Part shown: positions 1-13,004 of the stretch, piece by piece
Numbering within the stretch: the first letter of the stretch is position 1
Layout: each line of letters opens with the position of its first letter
From: Convolutriloba macropyga
Lineage: Eukaryota
Reading direction: 5' to 3'
Assembly: GCF_964194025.1 (NCBI RefSeq)
Contig: NC_134470.1
Location: forward strand, 80,166,001 to 80,230,000
Length of the DNA stretch: 64,000 bases
Position numbers and translations under genes: made by a program
The notes under the pieces: generated by a model
Told to the model about the DNA's origin: nothing
Database searches by the model: none
What the model saw: only the letters and a program-made list of their open reading frames with translations

Positions 1-3000
1 CTTTATGAGTCTTCTAAATCAGAACTTTGCAAGTTTTTTGCAAATTTAAACTCGATAATTACAAAAAAAGCATTATTTATTTTTTGACAAACTGAAAATT
101 TTGTTTAAAAACTGATCTATTTCGCAATCATTTGAACAATGGAATGTTTTCCTAGACGCGCAGCAATATCTGGGTTGATCTTGATCTCATTGTGGATCCT
201 TACGATAAAAAATTTTTTAGATTTAAATGGGGCGCGACCTTTTTCTCAAAGCATTTCCGCTATGTAAATGTTTTTATGTAAATTACTGATAAGAATCTCA
301 AATCAGGGCTCAACTAATGTCAGATAATATTTGCAAAAAAGATGTTCAACGAAATTATAAAATGGTTTAAGAGTTCAGCTCATGGTTTTTATGGCTTTGA
401 CGAATTGTTTTCGTGAAAATTTTATAAACTTCTTGAGTTTTGCCTTCATTTGTTATACTTTTTTGTAGCCCAACGACTTAGTGTCCACAATCAAAGATGC
501 AGTTATTTTTTTAACAGGTATGGATGAACCGAGACAATTTTTTCAGTTTTTATCTAATGTCTCTTATGACTTTGAATATATGTGTTTTAAGAAAGGTCGG
601 TGAATTTTAGAACTTTGCCACTATTTTATCTTATTTCTCTCAACTTCGGGCGCAGTCTCAGTAAAAACAGACAAAAACCAATTCAATGTGAGTAATACAA
701 TATTGTTGGAATCGCTTTTATATTCAACTTCTGTTTCCCTTGTTTCGATACTACGGGTTTTCAAATAATTGTTTTTCATTTTAATTTTTGAGCATAATTG
801 CACTTTTTATCAGTCCATATCGTTCCCTTATCGAATGATCACATTGTTTGCAAATCTAATTGAAAGAAAGCATAGTAGGAAATTCGAACAGCGTTGGAAA
901 AATGCATTTCTGTATTTATTAATTGTTTTTCTTGAATAGTTTATGCTTTTTGTGCTGAGACCAAGTTAACTCGCAAAATTTTGTGGATTTTTTGTTGTTT
1001 TTTCAATGTTTGTCATACCTTTTGTTGTTGTCCGCCATATACTTGATAACAATAGTTCTCAATTGCTTCCCCAGGATGAATAACTCCACTTAGATAAAGA
1101 TTTCAGTTTATAGCTGTTTGTTTTAATGATTTTCAAATTAAATTTTTTAAAATAGTATTTTTAACTGTCAATTTGGTCACCATGTAACTCAATTTCACTG
1201 ATTATAAGTCTCAATTACTTTTGATGATTCATCCACTTTTATTGCGCTTTGTTATACGTTGTGACTGATTGCTTCGACCATTCAATTTAAAAAAAAAGTT
1301 TTCGAGATTTATATACTGTTCAATTTTCGGGTCCCTTTTCTTTTTGTTGTCGTTTCTACGTTGTCCTTTTATAAGGAAAGCTCGTTGATGTTAGGATGAG
1401 GAGAAGAGGATGATTTATAGTTCATGCGGGTAACATCTTATAACTATAGTGCCTTGAATAGTGTGATGTCGTAAAATTGTTTGAAGTTTTGGCTTCTTTG
1501 TGTGTTTATGTATTTGTTATTTTGTGGGGTCGTTGCATGATCTCATTATTATTAGGCCCAATTGGCTTCCTGGGGTGTTGCAACTTAATCCATCGCTTTT
1601 TGTTGAAATCTCAAATCTGTTATGAATTTTGGAAATATTTGTTTCCAAAACAAATTTGGGTTTTTGAGCTTTGTCATTTTTTAAAAGTTTTTGGTCGAAT
1701 TGTAGTTCACTCTTTGTAAACACAGGTCACAACACGATTGCAGTGAGCTATAAATTAACCCTTGTAACAGATTTAGCTTTTCCCCGGCTTTTTTACTACT
1801 TTTACTACGAGACTTCTAAAATTTTGAGATTTATATTTTTACATTATAGAGGATTTTTGTTTTCTTTTTGGTTTATAACAAAAATCGTAATTCCCATTGG
1901 CTTTAAAAGTTTGCGCAATTGAATATGGGATTCTGGTATATCTCAATTGCTTCCTATGGAGACATAAATGAAAATTTCAGTGATTTCAGGTGATATCTAA
2001 TGACATTAATAACTGTGAAGTTAATTGTTTTCAAAAATAGAAACGTATTTTTTAACTTTGCACCTCTTTGCTATTTTTTGCTTTTTGTCTACCTGTTAAC
2101 CATTTGCGTTGAGAACAGGTCCCATATTTTTTCTAAAGAAGTCTAGGTTAAATTTTTTTTTTAGATTTTATCTGACGCGAGTTTGATTTTGTTAAGATTT
2201 TTTTTATTGTAGACATCGAGTTGCGGTCGTAAATAATGTTTGTTTTTGATTTTTTAATAGTCCTTTTTAGTAGTTCTATTATTAAAAACTGTCATCGGCC
2301 CTCTAGCGTGGCATTAATATAATTCATTGGTTGTTTATTGAACGATATCTATGTTTTTGATCTCTTGATCATTTGGTAGCCAATTAAATTAAGAATGTGG
2401 ATGAGCGGGGTCGGAACATTATGTGGGTACGCACATAAACAAGCCTCCTTGTTAAAACTCATTGCGCAGAAGCCTTTTCGTTAGGGACCCTTATTACACA
2501 TATGAGTTCCTTTGACCTTAAACTAATTCAACATAAACTTAAATTTTAAAGTGCAAGTCATTTTATTGAGTGAGGTAAGTCACTTTTGATCAAAATCTAA
2601 TCACGCAAGCAACTTTTGCTAGAGACAGTGAGAAATGACTTCACGCACGCAAAAGCAGTTATTGAGAGGAAGAAGTCATTCAGAAAATGACCTTTCAGCT
2701 TTGAGGTGTGAACAAATGTAAAACGAAAAAAGAGCGTCAGACGACGAAACAAAACAAAGCAGGGCATGTCCTGACAAACAATTCAAAGAATTTTCATTGA
2801 CCTAACAAACAACTAGACCTAGAAAGGACATTGAGTGAATTAGAAAAAAAATTTAAAAAAAACAGAAGAAAAAAAACGAAAAAAAAAAACAGAAAATCAA
2901 TGTCAAAATGCTGCTAGGGAGAACAGAAAACCACTAGTGAGATATGTAATTTTGATTCTAACAAAGAACTAGGTCCAGATTGAGCTGTGAATGGATTGCG

Positions 3001-3644
3001 AAAACCATTAAGAAAAAAAACTGATCCAAAAAAATTGAAAAAACAGTAAAAATCAGAGTGAAATTGCCGCATGTGAACAAAAAACCACTACCGAGAAACC
3101 GAACTTTTGTTCAAACACCTTTTTTGCACTCTACTTTAAAACTAGAGCAAAATAATTTTACGCCGCAAAATCACTCGCTTTTTCGCTCCACTTCCTGTTT
3201 CGGCGTGACCAAAATCACCACTCCAATTTCACTTCAAAAATCATGAAAATGTGTGAACATATCTTAAAAAAAAAAACATAGCCGGAAGAATTCCGGGAAG
3301 GACTCGAAGTGGAAATCCATTAAACCGCCATACAACTACTTATCAGACAAAACGTGCCTCAACTAGTTTATGATTGTCTTGAAACAAAACCATAAAACAA
3401 AAAAGTAAAAACAAGAAAATCAAATCTGTTAAAATATGATAAAAAATGTGATCAAAATTTTTTTATAAATTGAGAACCCGAAATAACTGTCTCTGCCGAA
3501 ATTACTTCATCAAAACAACTAGTACTTACTAAAACCACTTATTAAAATTCTTTGAAAATACTTGAGGCCAAATTATGAAAAAAAGCTATTAAAAACAACT
3601 TGCAGTAAAAAACTGGAAAAAGTTAAAAAAAATTAATATCACAA

Positions 3645-4330
3645 AGGCATATAAATCAAAAGAAAAATTCCTTTCAGCCAATAGGGTATCCAGATGCTCG
3701 CAAGACAATAGCCAAGTAACAATAGGCTAAGAAACTTGTCTAAAGACGTGAAGAAAACGAAAAATTGCAATAAATTAAGAAAATTAGTTTCAATTTTCGC
3801 CATATTTCTCAACAAAAAAAATTATATCTACAAAACACTAACCAATTGTTATCTAAAACTTGCCCAAGTAGAAAGGGTTTTTTCGATACCCATTTGAGCC
3901 AGTAAAACAAAACAATCGTCAAAAAACGCAAAAACTAGCCCGAAAATCAGCAAAATACATGAAAAACCTCTGAATTTTTTAATGTTACAAAAGCATATGA
4001 ATCTAAAGAAAAATTCCTTTCAACCAATAGGGAATCCCGATGCTCGCAAAACAATTGGCAAGTTATAATAGGCTCAAAAACATGTCTAAAAAACTGAAAA
4101 CAAAAAAACTGCAAAAAATTAAGAAAAATAGTTCCAATTTTCGCCATTTTTGTCACATTTCTCAACAAAAATAAATGAATCATATCCACAAAGCTGTAAC
4201 CAATTGTTAACTAAAATTTGCTCAAGTAGAAGGGGTCTATTCAATTCCCATTTGAGCCGGTAAAACAGAACAATCGTCAAAAAAAAGCAAAAATTAGCTC
4301 GAAAATCAGCAAAATACATGAAAAACCTCC
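3645..4330. repeat. Diverged tandem duplication, ~345 bp unit (3645-3968 / 3991-4330)
   Basis: Both copies read aagaaaaattcctttca(g/a)ccaataggg(t/a)atcc(a/c)gatgctcgcaa ... gaaaatcagcaaaatacatgaaaaacctc. Confidence 0.85.
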
Positions 4331-4881
4331 GAATTAGCATAAAATTCATCTGAATATCCAGAAACCTTCAAACCACTACCAGAACTAGCCTTAAATTAAA
4401 ACAAAATCATAACCAAACCTCTTAACCAGAAAAAATGAAAAAAAACTGCTTTAAAATGCCGCACGTGAACAAAAAATTTCGCTCGCTTACAGAATTTTTT
4501 TTCACACCTCAAATTCTCGCTCTCTAGAAAACAGCGACATGAACAAAAAACCACTCTCTTCTATTCAATTCCCATTTGAGCCAGTAAAACAGAACAATTG
4601 TCAAAAAAAGCAAAAATTAGCTCGAAATTCAGCAAAATACATGAAAAACCTCCGAATTAGCATAAAATTCATATGAATATCCAGAAACCTTCAAACCACT
4701 ACCAGAACTAGCCTAAAATTAAAACAAAATCATAACCAAACCTCTTAACCAGAAAAAATGAAAAAAACTGCTTTAAAACGCCGCACGTGAACAAAAAATT
4801 TCGCTCGCTTACAGAACTTTTTTTCACACCTCAAATTCTCGCTCTCTGAAAAACAGCGGTATGAACAAAAACCACTCTCTT
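4236..4881. repeat. Near-identical tandem duplication, ~324 bp unit (4236-4559 / 4560-4881)
   Basis: tctattcaattcccatttgagcc starts at 4236 and at 4560; both copies end in aaccactctctt. Confidence 0.95.
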
Positions 4882-5601
4882 TTCGCTCCACTCTTTATTT
4901 TGTTCAGCAAAAAAAATCACTCCAATTTTTTTCACGTGTTTTATTTCCCGCTTCAAAATTCACTCCAATGAAATTGATTAAAAAAAGGACTTCTCCAATA
5001 CTCCTGGAGTCATGAAAAAGACAGCGCCTCAATACAATTCAAATTCTTTGAATTGTAAAAAACCAAGAGCACCGCAATATAGCTGCTCAGCTTACAGCTA
5101 TAAAAAGAATAAAGAAAGGGAAAACATTATTCCTAAGTATTAAAAAATCCGACTTTTTAGGGAATATTTAGAAATTATCGATTCGAATTGTAAATAAGTT
5201 TAAAACGAGATGTAAATTGTACAAGAAAAATTTATAAGTCCTAATCCAATGACTACAATTGGAGAATTTTTATGTTTCTAAATTGAGCGCTTGCTGAGAC
5301 AGTAATTGTGAGCTTTCATCTAATCAGGTGCCAGAAAAGGCGGAAAAAGCTCTTCTTCTCCGAAAGGTGTCTCAAGCAAAGACAAATAAGTCATTAGATC
5401 TAAATAATTGCTGCAAACTCTATTTGTGATAGGAAACAAGCAAAGATGACGAACTCATTATGCTTAACTCGTTATTTAATTAAAAAGTTTCAAACATTAA
5501 CCGACAAACGCCGGAAAAAATGATCTCATGCGACAGGCGGGGCAATTCAATACAGGTGCTGTACACTAGGATAATTTTTTTTATATGCGTGCAAAAAACA
5601 T

Positions 5602-5674
5602 AGCCCCGATAGGAATTCGAACCCTCAACATCCGAGTTCTGGACATCAGCATTCACCACTCCGCTATCATGCCC
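5602..5674 (-). mobile_element. tRNA-derived SINE head or tRNA pseudogene
   Basis: Minus strand has A box TAGCGGAGTGG, B box GGTTCGAATTCC and a T6 run just downstream (5593-5598). The acceptor stem pairs poorly, so it is not called a functional tRNA. Confidence 0.75.
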
Positions 5675-5902
5675 CTGTGTTTTCGTATCTTACAACTGCT
5701 TTATTTTAGTAGTTAACAATTTCAGAGAGGCAATTGAGATCAGACAAAAATGAAAATAATTTACAGAAATAAAGTGTTGTAAAATATTCAATGCCAATAT
5801 ACCAAATGTGGAAAAATACCCAAAATATACATTAGTTTAGTAATGTTGAAATTACAAGAGCAACTAATTAGCATACTATTTATCTATATGGTCATGCCTC
5901 AC

Positions 5903-6545
5903 CGTTGAAAGGACAAAAACAGTCCCGGACAAAAGAGTCCCGAATAGCGAAATATTTCCAGACAAAATAGTCCCAGACAAAACAGTCCCCAGAAAATAGT
6001 CCGAACAAAAGGTAGAGTTAAGTATGTTCACAACAATTAACAAAGAAATCACTAAATTATTCATATGATTGTATTTCATTGAACAAATATTTAACTGTGT
6101 TAGAGTATACACTCTAGTAAGTAAGTTGTGATCATAAGATGGAGATTGAAATGGTAGCTCAATATAAGAGAGCATAGTAAGACTCGCAATGTGGACCAGT
6201 TGGCTCAGTGGAGAGCACAGTATTGCAATCAATTAGATTGTGGGGTCGCAACCCGCAAAAATCCCAAATTTTACTCTCACTGTAATGGTGTTGACATAGA
6301 ATCAACATAACGATCAAAGAGTTGCTCTTATAAGCTGGTTACAACAGTTTTTGACAAATAATTTATTTTGAAACAAGTTCTTGGTTTAATCAATCAAAAA
6401 CAATACATTCAGAAGCTTAACTCGCAGATTTTGTTTGTTAATTGTCTGTAGATTTTATTCAAAATTGTTTCGGTATTTATTCAGGACTATTTTGTCTGCT
6501 TTTATTGGACTATTTTGTCTGGGACCGTTTTGTCCAGAGACAACC
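5903..6545. mobile_element. MITE-like element with inverted arrays of GACAAAATAGTCC (inner element)
   Basis: 5911-6010 carries repeated (g/a)gacaaaa(t/c)agtccc; 6483-6535 carries the reverse complement ggactattttgtct / gggaccgttttgtcc. Confidence 0.75.
6193..6255 (+). mobile_element. Degenerate tRNA-derived (SINE-like) sequence
   Basis: Perfect A box TGGCTCAGTGG (6201-6211) and degenerate B box GGGTCGCAACCC (6243-6254) at tRNA-like spacing. Confidence 0.55.
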
Positions 6546-6851
6546 TCAGCGTCTCTTGGGACTCGGTATGAACCTATCACAACCAAACATTGGATTCAAT
6601 TACAAAACATACTTGTAACACCGAGTGCTAATTTGTAATCGGATTATTGAAGGAAAATGTCAAAAAGGAATAAATTGTGTATAATGACATCGGGTATGTT
6701 GGGTATTTTGGCATCGGTTATTTTGACATTGGATAAGATGGCTTATTGGGTAATTTAGCATTGGTTATATTGGTACATTGGGTATTTTGGCATTGAGTAT
6801 AATGACACATTGGGTATTTTGGCATTTGGTTATATTGTGATGTAATATTAC

Positions 6852-7041
6852 CCGTGGACAGAGTATCGCTGTATGTTGGTGTCTTGCATATCTCTTCCTT
6901 TGTGATTGTGAACTGTGCCGTGGTTGTGAGAGAACGGCAAGATATCAGAATGAGAGTTGACACGATCAGTTCACACACTTGTGGGAAAGTAGTGCTGGTG
7001 TAGAAGTCCAGAAGATCCCACCAACCTTTCCAAAGAAGAAC
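6852..7041 (-). CDS. Fuseless-family membrane protein, downstream coding exon
   Basis: Acceptor tttgtag|, candidate donor |gtaata. Phase-0 translation VLLWKGWWDLLDFYTSTTFPQVCELIVSTLILISCRSLTTTAQFTITKEE... contains the W[RK]GxWxLLD motif characteristic of Fuseless repeats. Confidence 0.75.
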
Positions 7042-10000
7042 CTACAAACAGATATGCGTTCATAGCTTTTCTTCTAATCCAAAATCTACGAAAAACCTAA
7101 AATTTTCATCCAAAATGCAAAACTCATTTGTGAGATTAGCGATACTTGATTGGAACGAACTACATAGTGAAATTAAAAACGAACAAGACAAAAAAATTCC
7201 CGAAACAACTTAGAACTTTCTTCTGCTAAGTTATTAACTTAAATCTTTGTTTGTGGAAGGTTACTTGCTCAACATGGCATGATTTTAATTTTGGGAGAAT
7301 GCATTAGACTTATTGTTGTTGGGTTGACGTATAAAAACGGATAAATTCAACACGTTTTTTTTCTTCGAAATTTGAGACAAAATTTGAATCTACCTAATTT
7401 TTCTGTTGAATATTAAAATAAGTAAATTGTAAAAATTTACAATGCGGGATTATTATCAGTTGAATACTCGTTGATATGGATCGAAAATCAGATTGTTTTT
7501 TTCAATCCCGAATAAAACTTTAGCCTTGTTGTTCCTTCCCTCATTTAGGATTTACAATCGAGTTTGTTTTAGTTGGGAGTTTGTTCTAGTTAGGATTTAC
7601 AATCGTCAATTTAAAAACTTGCCTACATGCCTAATAAATCAGATAAACGAAATGCTTTTTTCAAAGAAAAAAACGCAAAATCGAAAACGATGAATCTTAT
7701 AAATTAATTTTAGCTTCATTAATTCCCTATGATTTCTAGCAATCAGACGAAGCAGGAAAAACGGCGACTGGGACACTTTTGAGTAACTTGAAAAATCGCG
7801 AAAAGTCTTTCAAAAGCATTTGCATGCCCAATTGGCCTACAATAGGTCGCCATTTGTACTCAATCAGCTTCTTATAAATACTCTTCACACGACTTACTTC
7901 CTTTCGAGACTCTCAACAAACTATTTAAAAGTTGCTCCACAGAAAGACTTTCAATTCTGCAATTAAAAAATAGTCAAAGAACATTTTTGTGGATTGGAAG
8001 TGCGGACTATGGTTTAATGTAGAGCACCACACTTTATAATCATCCAACACTTTTTTCCATTTCAAAATCAACAAAATGGGTGATTTATACTAAAGTTGAT
8101 AATAATGATTTACTATTGGAACAGATGACCCCTGTTACTGCTCAATTTTTCAATGATCTCACAATATAAATTAGCCAAAACTCACTTGTCGATTTCAAAA
8201 AAACTCAAAAGGAGGCATGCTTTATTTTACGTACACAGATGAAACGTCTCAAATGGAATTAGAGACTCGGTCGGTGAAATTCGGTTCGTATTAACAACTT
8301 AAATCAACGTCATGAAACGTTTCAAAAAGAGCATTTAAATGGATCACAGGTGACAAAAACACCTCTTAATCAACTATATTAAATCTACCATCCCTGCCGA
8401 TAATTATACATCTGAATAATTGTTCCAATCCCCAAAAATGGGGGCAAGTAACCTTACAACAGCCCTACTTTTTTGTTAAGCCAATTTTTACTTATCGATA
8501 ACTTTTGCGGAGAGATAAAAACGTGGTATCATTAAAAGCTCTTCAAGAACTGAATCGATTGTTGCAGAGATTTTCCGTTTCTCAAAAAAAATTGGGTTCA
8601 AAATTTCCTTCCCATTTGACTTGTCACGCCTCGTGTCTACTTATGAGCATCTTACGTACATTTTATTTCAGATATTTTTAATAGCTGCGATAGCTGAACG
8701 GGGCTATTATTGTCCTTCTTTTTGTTTTTATACGACTCGGAAGAGCAGTTATGGCTAACCGATTGGATTTTTTTCACGTGCGGCAATTTCAAAGCAGTCT
8801 TTTAGATTTAACCTAATGTTTATCAACTCAAAATGGTTTATTGTCTTTTTCAAAATTTTTGTTTCTTCACCAAAATTTACCTGTCTAGGGTATTTCCTTT
8901 AATTGCAGTTATGTTTTTGGTGGGTTGGATAACCTTTGAAATTATTGGTATCAGTAATTTGTTTAGAGAAAAAAAGTTCATTATTTGAGTTAAAATTTAG
9001 GCCTATTTTGTCTATTTTTGATGATTTGAGACTGTTTCTATAGTTTTTTGGGCAAACTTTTTCTTATTCAATTGCTTATTTGGAATTGTTCGGAGATTTT
9101 ACCAGAAAACTTCAGATTTAGCTTTTTCTGATAATTTTTACTTAATTCTTCTGACCGATTAGATTGAATAGGCAGTTTTCTAATAAAGTAGTTGACTGTG
9201 ACGTGAGACTAGTTTGCTTCGAGTCGATTACGGAGTCTTAAATTAGTTTTTCGTTTCGTCGCGACTTTTGTTGTTAGCTACAAGATTAGGTAAACAGTTG
9301 TTCAAAACTATTAACTTGTTCAAAACAAATTAGGCCAGCCATAATAAGCTCAGAAATAACTCTTGTTCCGAAACAAAAGACAAAAAAGAGGAATCGAAAA
9401 AAATATCACAATAAAAAATTATTCAATTCGAAATAGAAAACGTTGACCTTTTTTATGACTCAATACAATTACCACAAATGCAATAAAATGAAACACTGGT
9501 CAAAAGTAACAAAATTAACTTTAAAATTTGAATAACAATCAAATTAACGTAAGACTCCATAAATAACCAATCACCTTCAAATCGATATCAAAACAACATG
9601 AATATGAATTAATTCTACAATAACCTGTTAAACAACTGCTTGAAAAGACAATTGATTTTAAAAATTCGCACGCTTAGAAAAAAATTCACACCATTTCTCG
9701 CTGTGTTTCAAAAGAAGTTATGTACAAGATAAGTTCTTTCTTTTTGCTTTTCAATTTTAGTCACCGGAAAAATTTTTCCGAAAATTACTCCTTGAATTTC
9801 AGGTTGCTTAGCTAGGTTAATTATAAAAAAGCCGGAAAACTCCGGAATCGGCTCAAAGAAAAATTCGGTAAATCACAAAAAACTTGCCGAAGCCACCCAC
9901 TCAGCAAAAAGTTACTCTTTATGAAAGGATTTAATACGAAACTGAGGAGATAGAAAAAGACTGAACCCCAATAATTTCCTGAGCATTCTTCAGGAGTTAC

Positions 10001-10734
10001 GACTGGAAATGATTATTGGCAACATATTGTGCGTTTCCGTTTCCCTCCTAATTGCTTAAGTCAAATAAGGAGAGTAACAAAAATTCGATACTTTTCACTG
10101 GAGGAAATTACGGTCGCAGTTCCGCGTGGTTATATATTTTACTCTTACAATGTACATGAAATATTTGAAAAATTCTTTATGATTGCTTACTTATCTCAAT
10201 ATTTAAGTTTCCTTTCGGCACCATAATATGGCGAGAGTACCATGATGTTCCCTTGCGCACCATAAAGTTTCCTCCGCAAAAACAAACTATTTTATGCCTC
10301 TGTGGAAACTGCCGCCCGATGTCCAAACTTAAACAATTAAAACTCGTGCTAAATTAACACAAGACGGCTCGTGCGAGACAGTGCGTTGCGCAGAATGTTC
10401 CAACATACCACTCAAGGCCGCAAAAACAACTTTTAAAGTTTGTCAGAAAAACCGCTGTGGGTATCCGAAAGCAACTTATACGCAATAGAGAAAAATACTT
10501 GTACTCACTGAACCAAAAATATGCCGAAAACGAAAACTCTTCAATATATTCTAGAAAAATAAGTTTAGTAAAATTTGAAACACAGACACAGAAAAACCAT
10601 ACAAACCAACACATTTTACACAAAAAACACCAAAACCAAAAATAAACTTTAAAAATGTTCTATTTGGCAAAAGGTCAATACTCAAGATTCGTCATTGCCC
10701 ATTTAGGTTTTCGGTCTTTTATTCTAAAAAAAGT

Positions 10735-12060
10735 ACGTGTTGACTTTTTGAGACAATTCTGTCGGTAAACTTAATTTTGACACAACTTTTTTGAATCTTT
10801 TCGAAAAAGATTGTCAATTTTGATATTTCATGAGCATTATTGGAAAAGTCCTTGTTCAAGACCTTACCAATGTGCCATCAGCAAGATTTATTAAACAGTT
10901 TTAACTTTGAACTTTGTTAAGCCCGCAATTCGTAGCAAATAATAAGTAGTCTTTCTGATTATCATATTTCAGGTTTTTGCCCTCTGCCTCTACTTTTACC
11001 TAACATTTAAAGGAATCAACATGCTCAAATTAGCTATCTATTTCTCTCCCTTTATAACTCACACATAAAAAAAATTACACAAACGCACACAAACCCATAA
11101 ACCCTTATACAAACAGGGTTTCTGTGCTTGTGGCGTCTGAAATATTTTTGGCGTGTGATCTTGACTATTATTCATCTCAGTTCGTGTATGGTCTGATTCT
11201 TTTTTTTCTGGAACAAAGTATGGACTTCTTGGGGCAATTGTATCGGTAGTGGTGAAGTTGACATTAAAAATTCAAAAAAAAAAATAAATTAAAAACTAAA
11301 ATTTATAACTTTGAAGCTTTCCCAAAAGTTTTGTCATTTTTGATGTTTCATGGGCATAATGCGACAACTCGTTTTCTTTAAAAACCTCGTAAGCGTATTA
11401 TCAGAGAACAAGCTAATTAACGATTTCTGGCTTGTGACCTGTTTGAAAACATGTAACAAAAATAGAGCAGTTTTTCTAATTCTTCAACATTTCTGATAGT
11501 TTTTATTCTCTGCCTCTATTTGTCTAACATTTAAAATTTAAAGAAACTATTTATCTCAGACTTACTCTTTTCTTTCTCTCTTACACAAACATACCACGCC
11601 TTTCAATTACACACACACACACACACACATACATACACGCACACACACACACACACAATCACTCACTCACACACACACACATACACTAACACAGATACAA
11701 ACATCGCCATCAAAAATAGAAACATTTCAAGATTTCCTTTCTGGCATCCGATTTTTACCGAAGGCTCCTCACAATTCACTTAGGTCTTATTTGTTTTTTT
11801 TTTAGAAATTTATGTGTTCTTTTTGAGGCAATTCTATCGGTAATCGTAAAAATCACAATTAGCAGTTGAGCATAATCGGCCAAATCGTTTATTATTAGCA
11901 TGTGTTTGTTACAGGGCAGATTTATCAAACGCAATTTTGATGTTAAATATATTTAAAACCGCATTTTGTAGCAATTACTAAATAGTTTTTCTTATATTCA
12001 AAATTTCCGAGTTTTTCCACTCCGGCTCCAATTGCGTCTAACATGTAAAGAAACGATAAA
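10735..12060. repeat. Three diverged tandem copies of a ~500-600 bp unit
   Basis: ttg(a/g)g(a/g)caatt(c/g)t(g/a)tcggta recurs near 10748, 11229 and 11824; ctaacat(t/g)taaa recurs near 11000, 11524 and 12038. Confidence 0.65.
11609..11692. repeat. (CA)n microsatellite, imperfect
   Basis: Direct reading of acacacac tracts. Confidence 0.95.
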
Positions 12061-12696
12061 AGCTATCCTTAAAGGCTCTCATTTAATAGCGTTGAGAAAC
12101 ATTTTCAGTAACTTTAAATTTTGGCGCTTAATATTTTAAGTAAGAGTTGTATTAAAAACTAAAAATTAATAATTTTTGAACTGAAATACAAATTCCTCTT
12201 CCTTCTTTCAAAACAAAAAAATGGTTCTTCATATAAGGGGTTTCACAATAAAAATTTTTTCGGCTTTCAAAATATAAAATGGCCCAAAGACCCGAAAAGA
12301 TAAGTTCACAGAGCAACGTCAAAGAACAGAGAAGTAAAAAAGAATTTTAACATAAACCACTAACGTCGGGGAATTGCTCTCAAACGACCGGCGAGCGGTT
12401 GGCTTCGTCAACAGCTAGCCACGGTTTAGTGTCTTCAGGGCGCTACCTCTTATCCCGTTTCTGAATACGAAAGTCAAATAAGTCAGACGAGAAATTGGCC
12501 CAGCAAAAAATTGCATAAAAGACAATCAGGATTAACATATTTGCTACAAATTGCTTTTGAGAGCAATTAACAATGGTTTCCTAAAAGTGCCTGTTAGATC
12601 ATTTATAAAACATTTCAACTATAACTCATTGATAATGAGGATCAGTGATGGTGACATTACACCACATAACAGCAGCTGAACTGCGGAATCAACAAA

Positions 12697-12723
<27 letters not shown>
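12697..12723. repeat. (GA)n microsatellite
   Basis: Direct reading. Confidence 0.95.
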
Positions 12724-12729
<6 letters not shown>

Positions 12730-13004
12730 TAAAACGTGAACGAGAAAGAGAAGGAAAGGGACGCTAACCGAAAGAGAGGAGACAGGAATATCTTCCATGA
12801 TTGGATTCGACACTGCAACGCAACTTATAGTTTTCTAACCAAGAAAAAAATTGAAGCAAAATTAAAAAAAAGATTTGAGCTTCGCAATAAAAAAAAATCA
12901 GAACCATTTTTTGTCTCGAAAGTTCTGCCAAGTAACCCTATCTCCGAGACTTGAAAAGTTTCTTTGGCCAGTAATGGTCGTTAAACTCAGAAAAGGACAA
13001 AATA

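Larger units (their letters stand above)
5778..6851. mobile_element. Foldback/MITE-like element with ~15-bp subterminal repeats (outer element)
   Basis: Right arm 6685-6851 is an array of attgggtattttggc-like units. Left arm ~5778-5830 (aatgccaatataccaaatg, aaaaatacccaa) is its degenerate reverse complement. Confidence 0.55.
3055..9880. repeat. Dispersed AT-rich repeat family; copies near 3055-3310, 4440-4560, 4765-4970, 9655-9880, and an inverted copy near 8765-8800
   Basis: Shared core aaa(t/c)gccgca(c/t)gtgaacaaaaaa and downstream tttcgctccact / gccggaa..tccgg. 8770 ttttcacgtgcggcaatttcaaagcagt is the reverse complement of the core. Confidence 0.6.

Noticed and set aside
1-3000. Further exons of the Fuseless-like gene or other genes
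   Set aside because: No segment with credible splice sites and motif could be found by eye; short ORFs are low complexity.
5602-5674. Functional tRNA gene
   Set aside because: The acceptor stem has multiple mismatches; treated as a SINE head or pseudogene.
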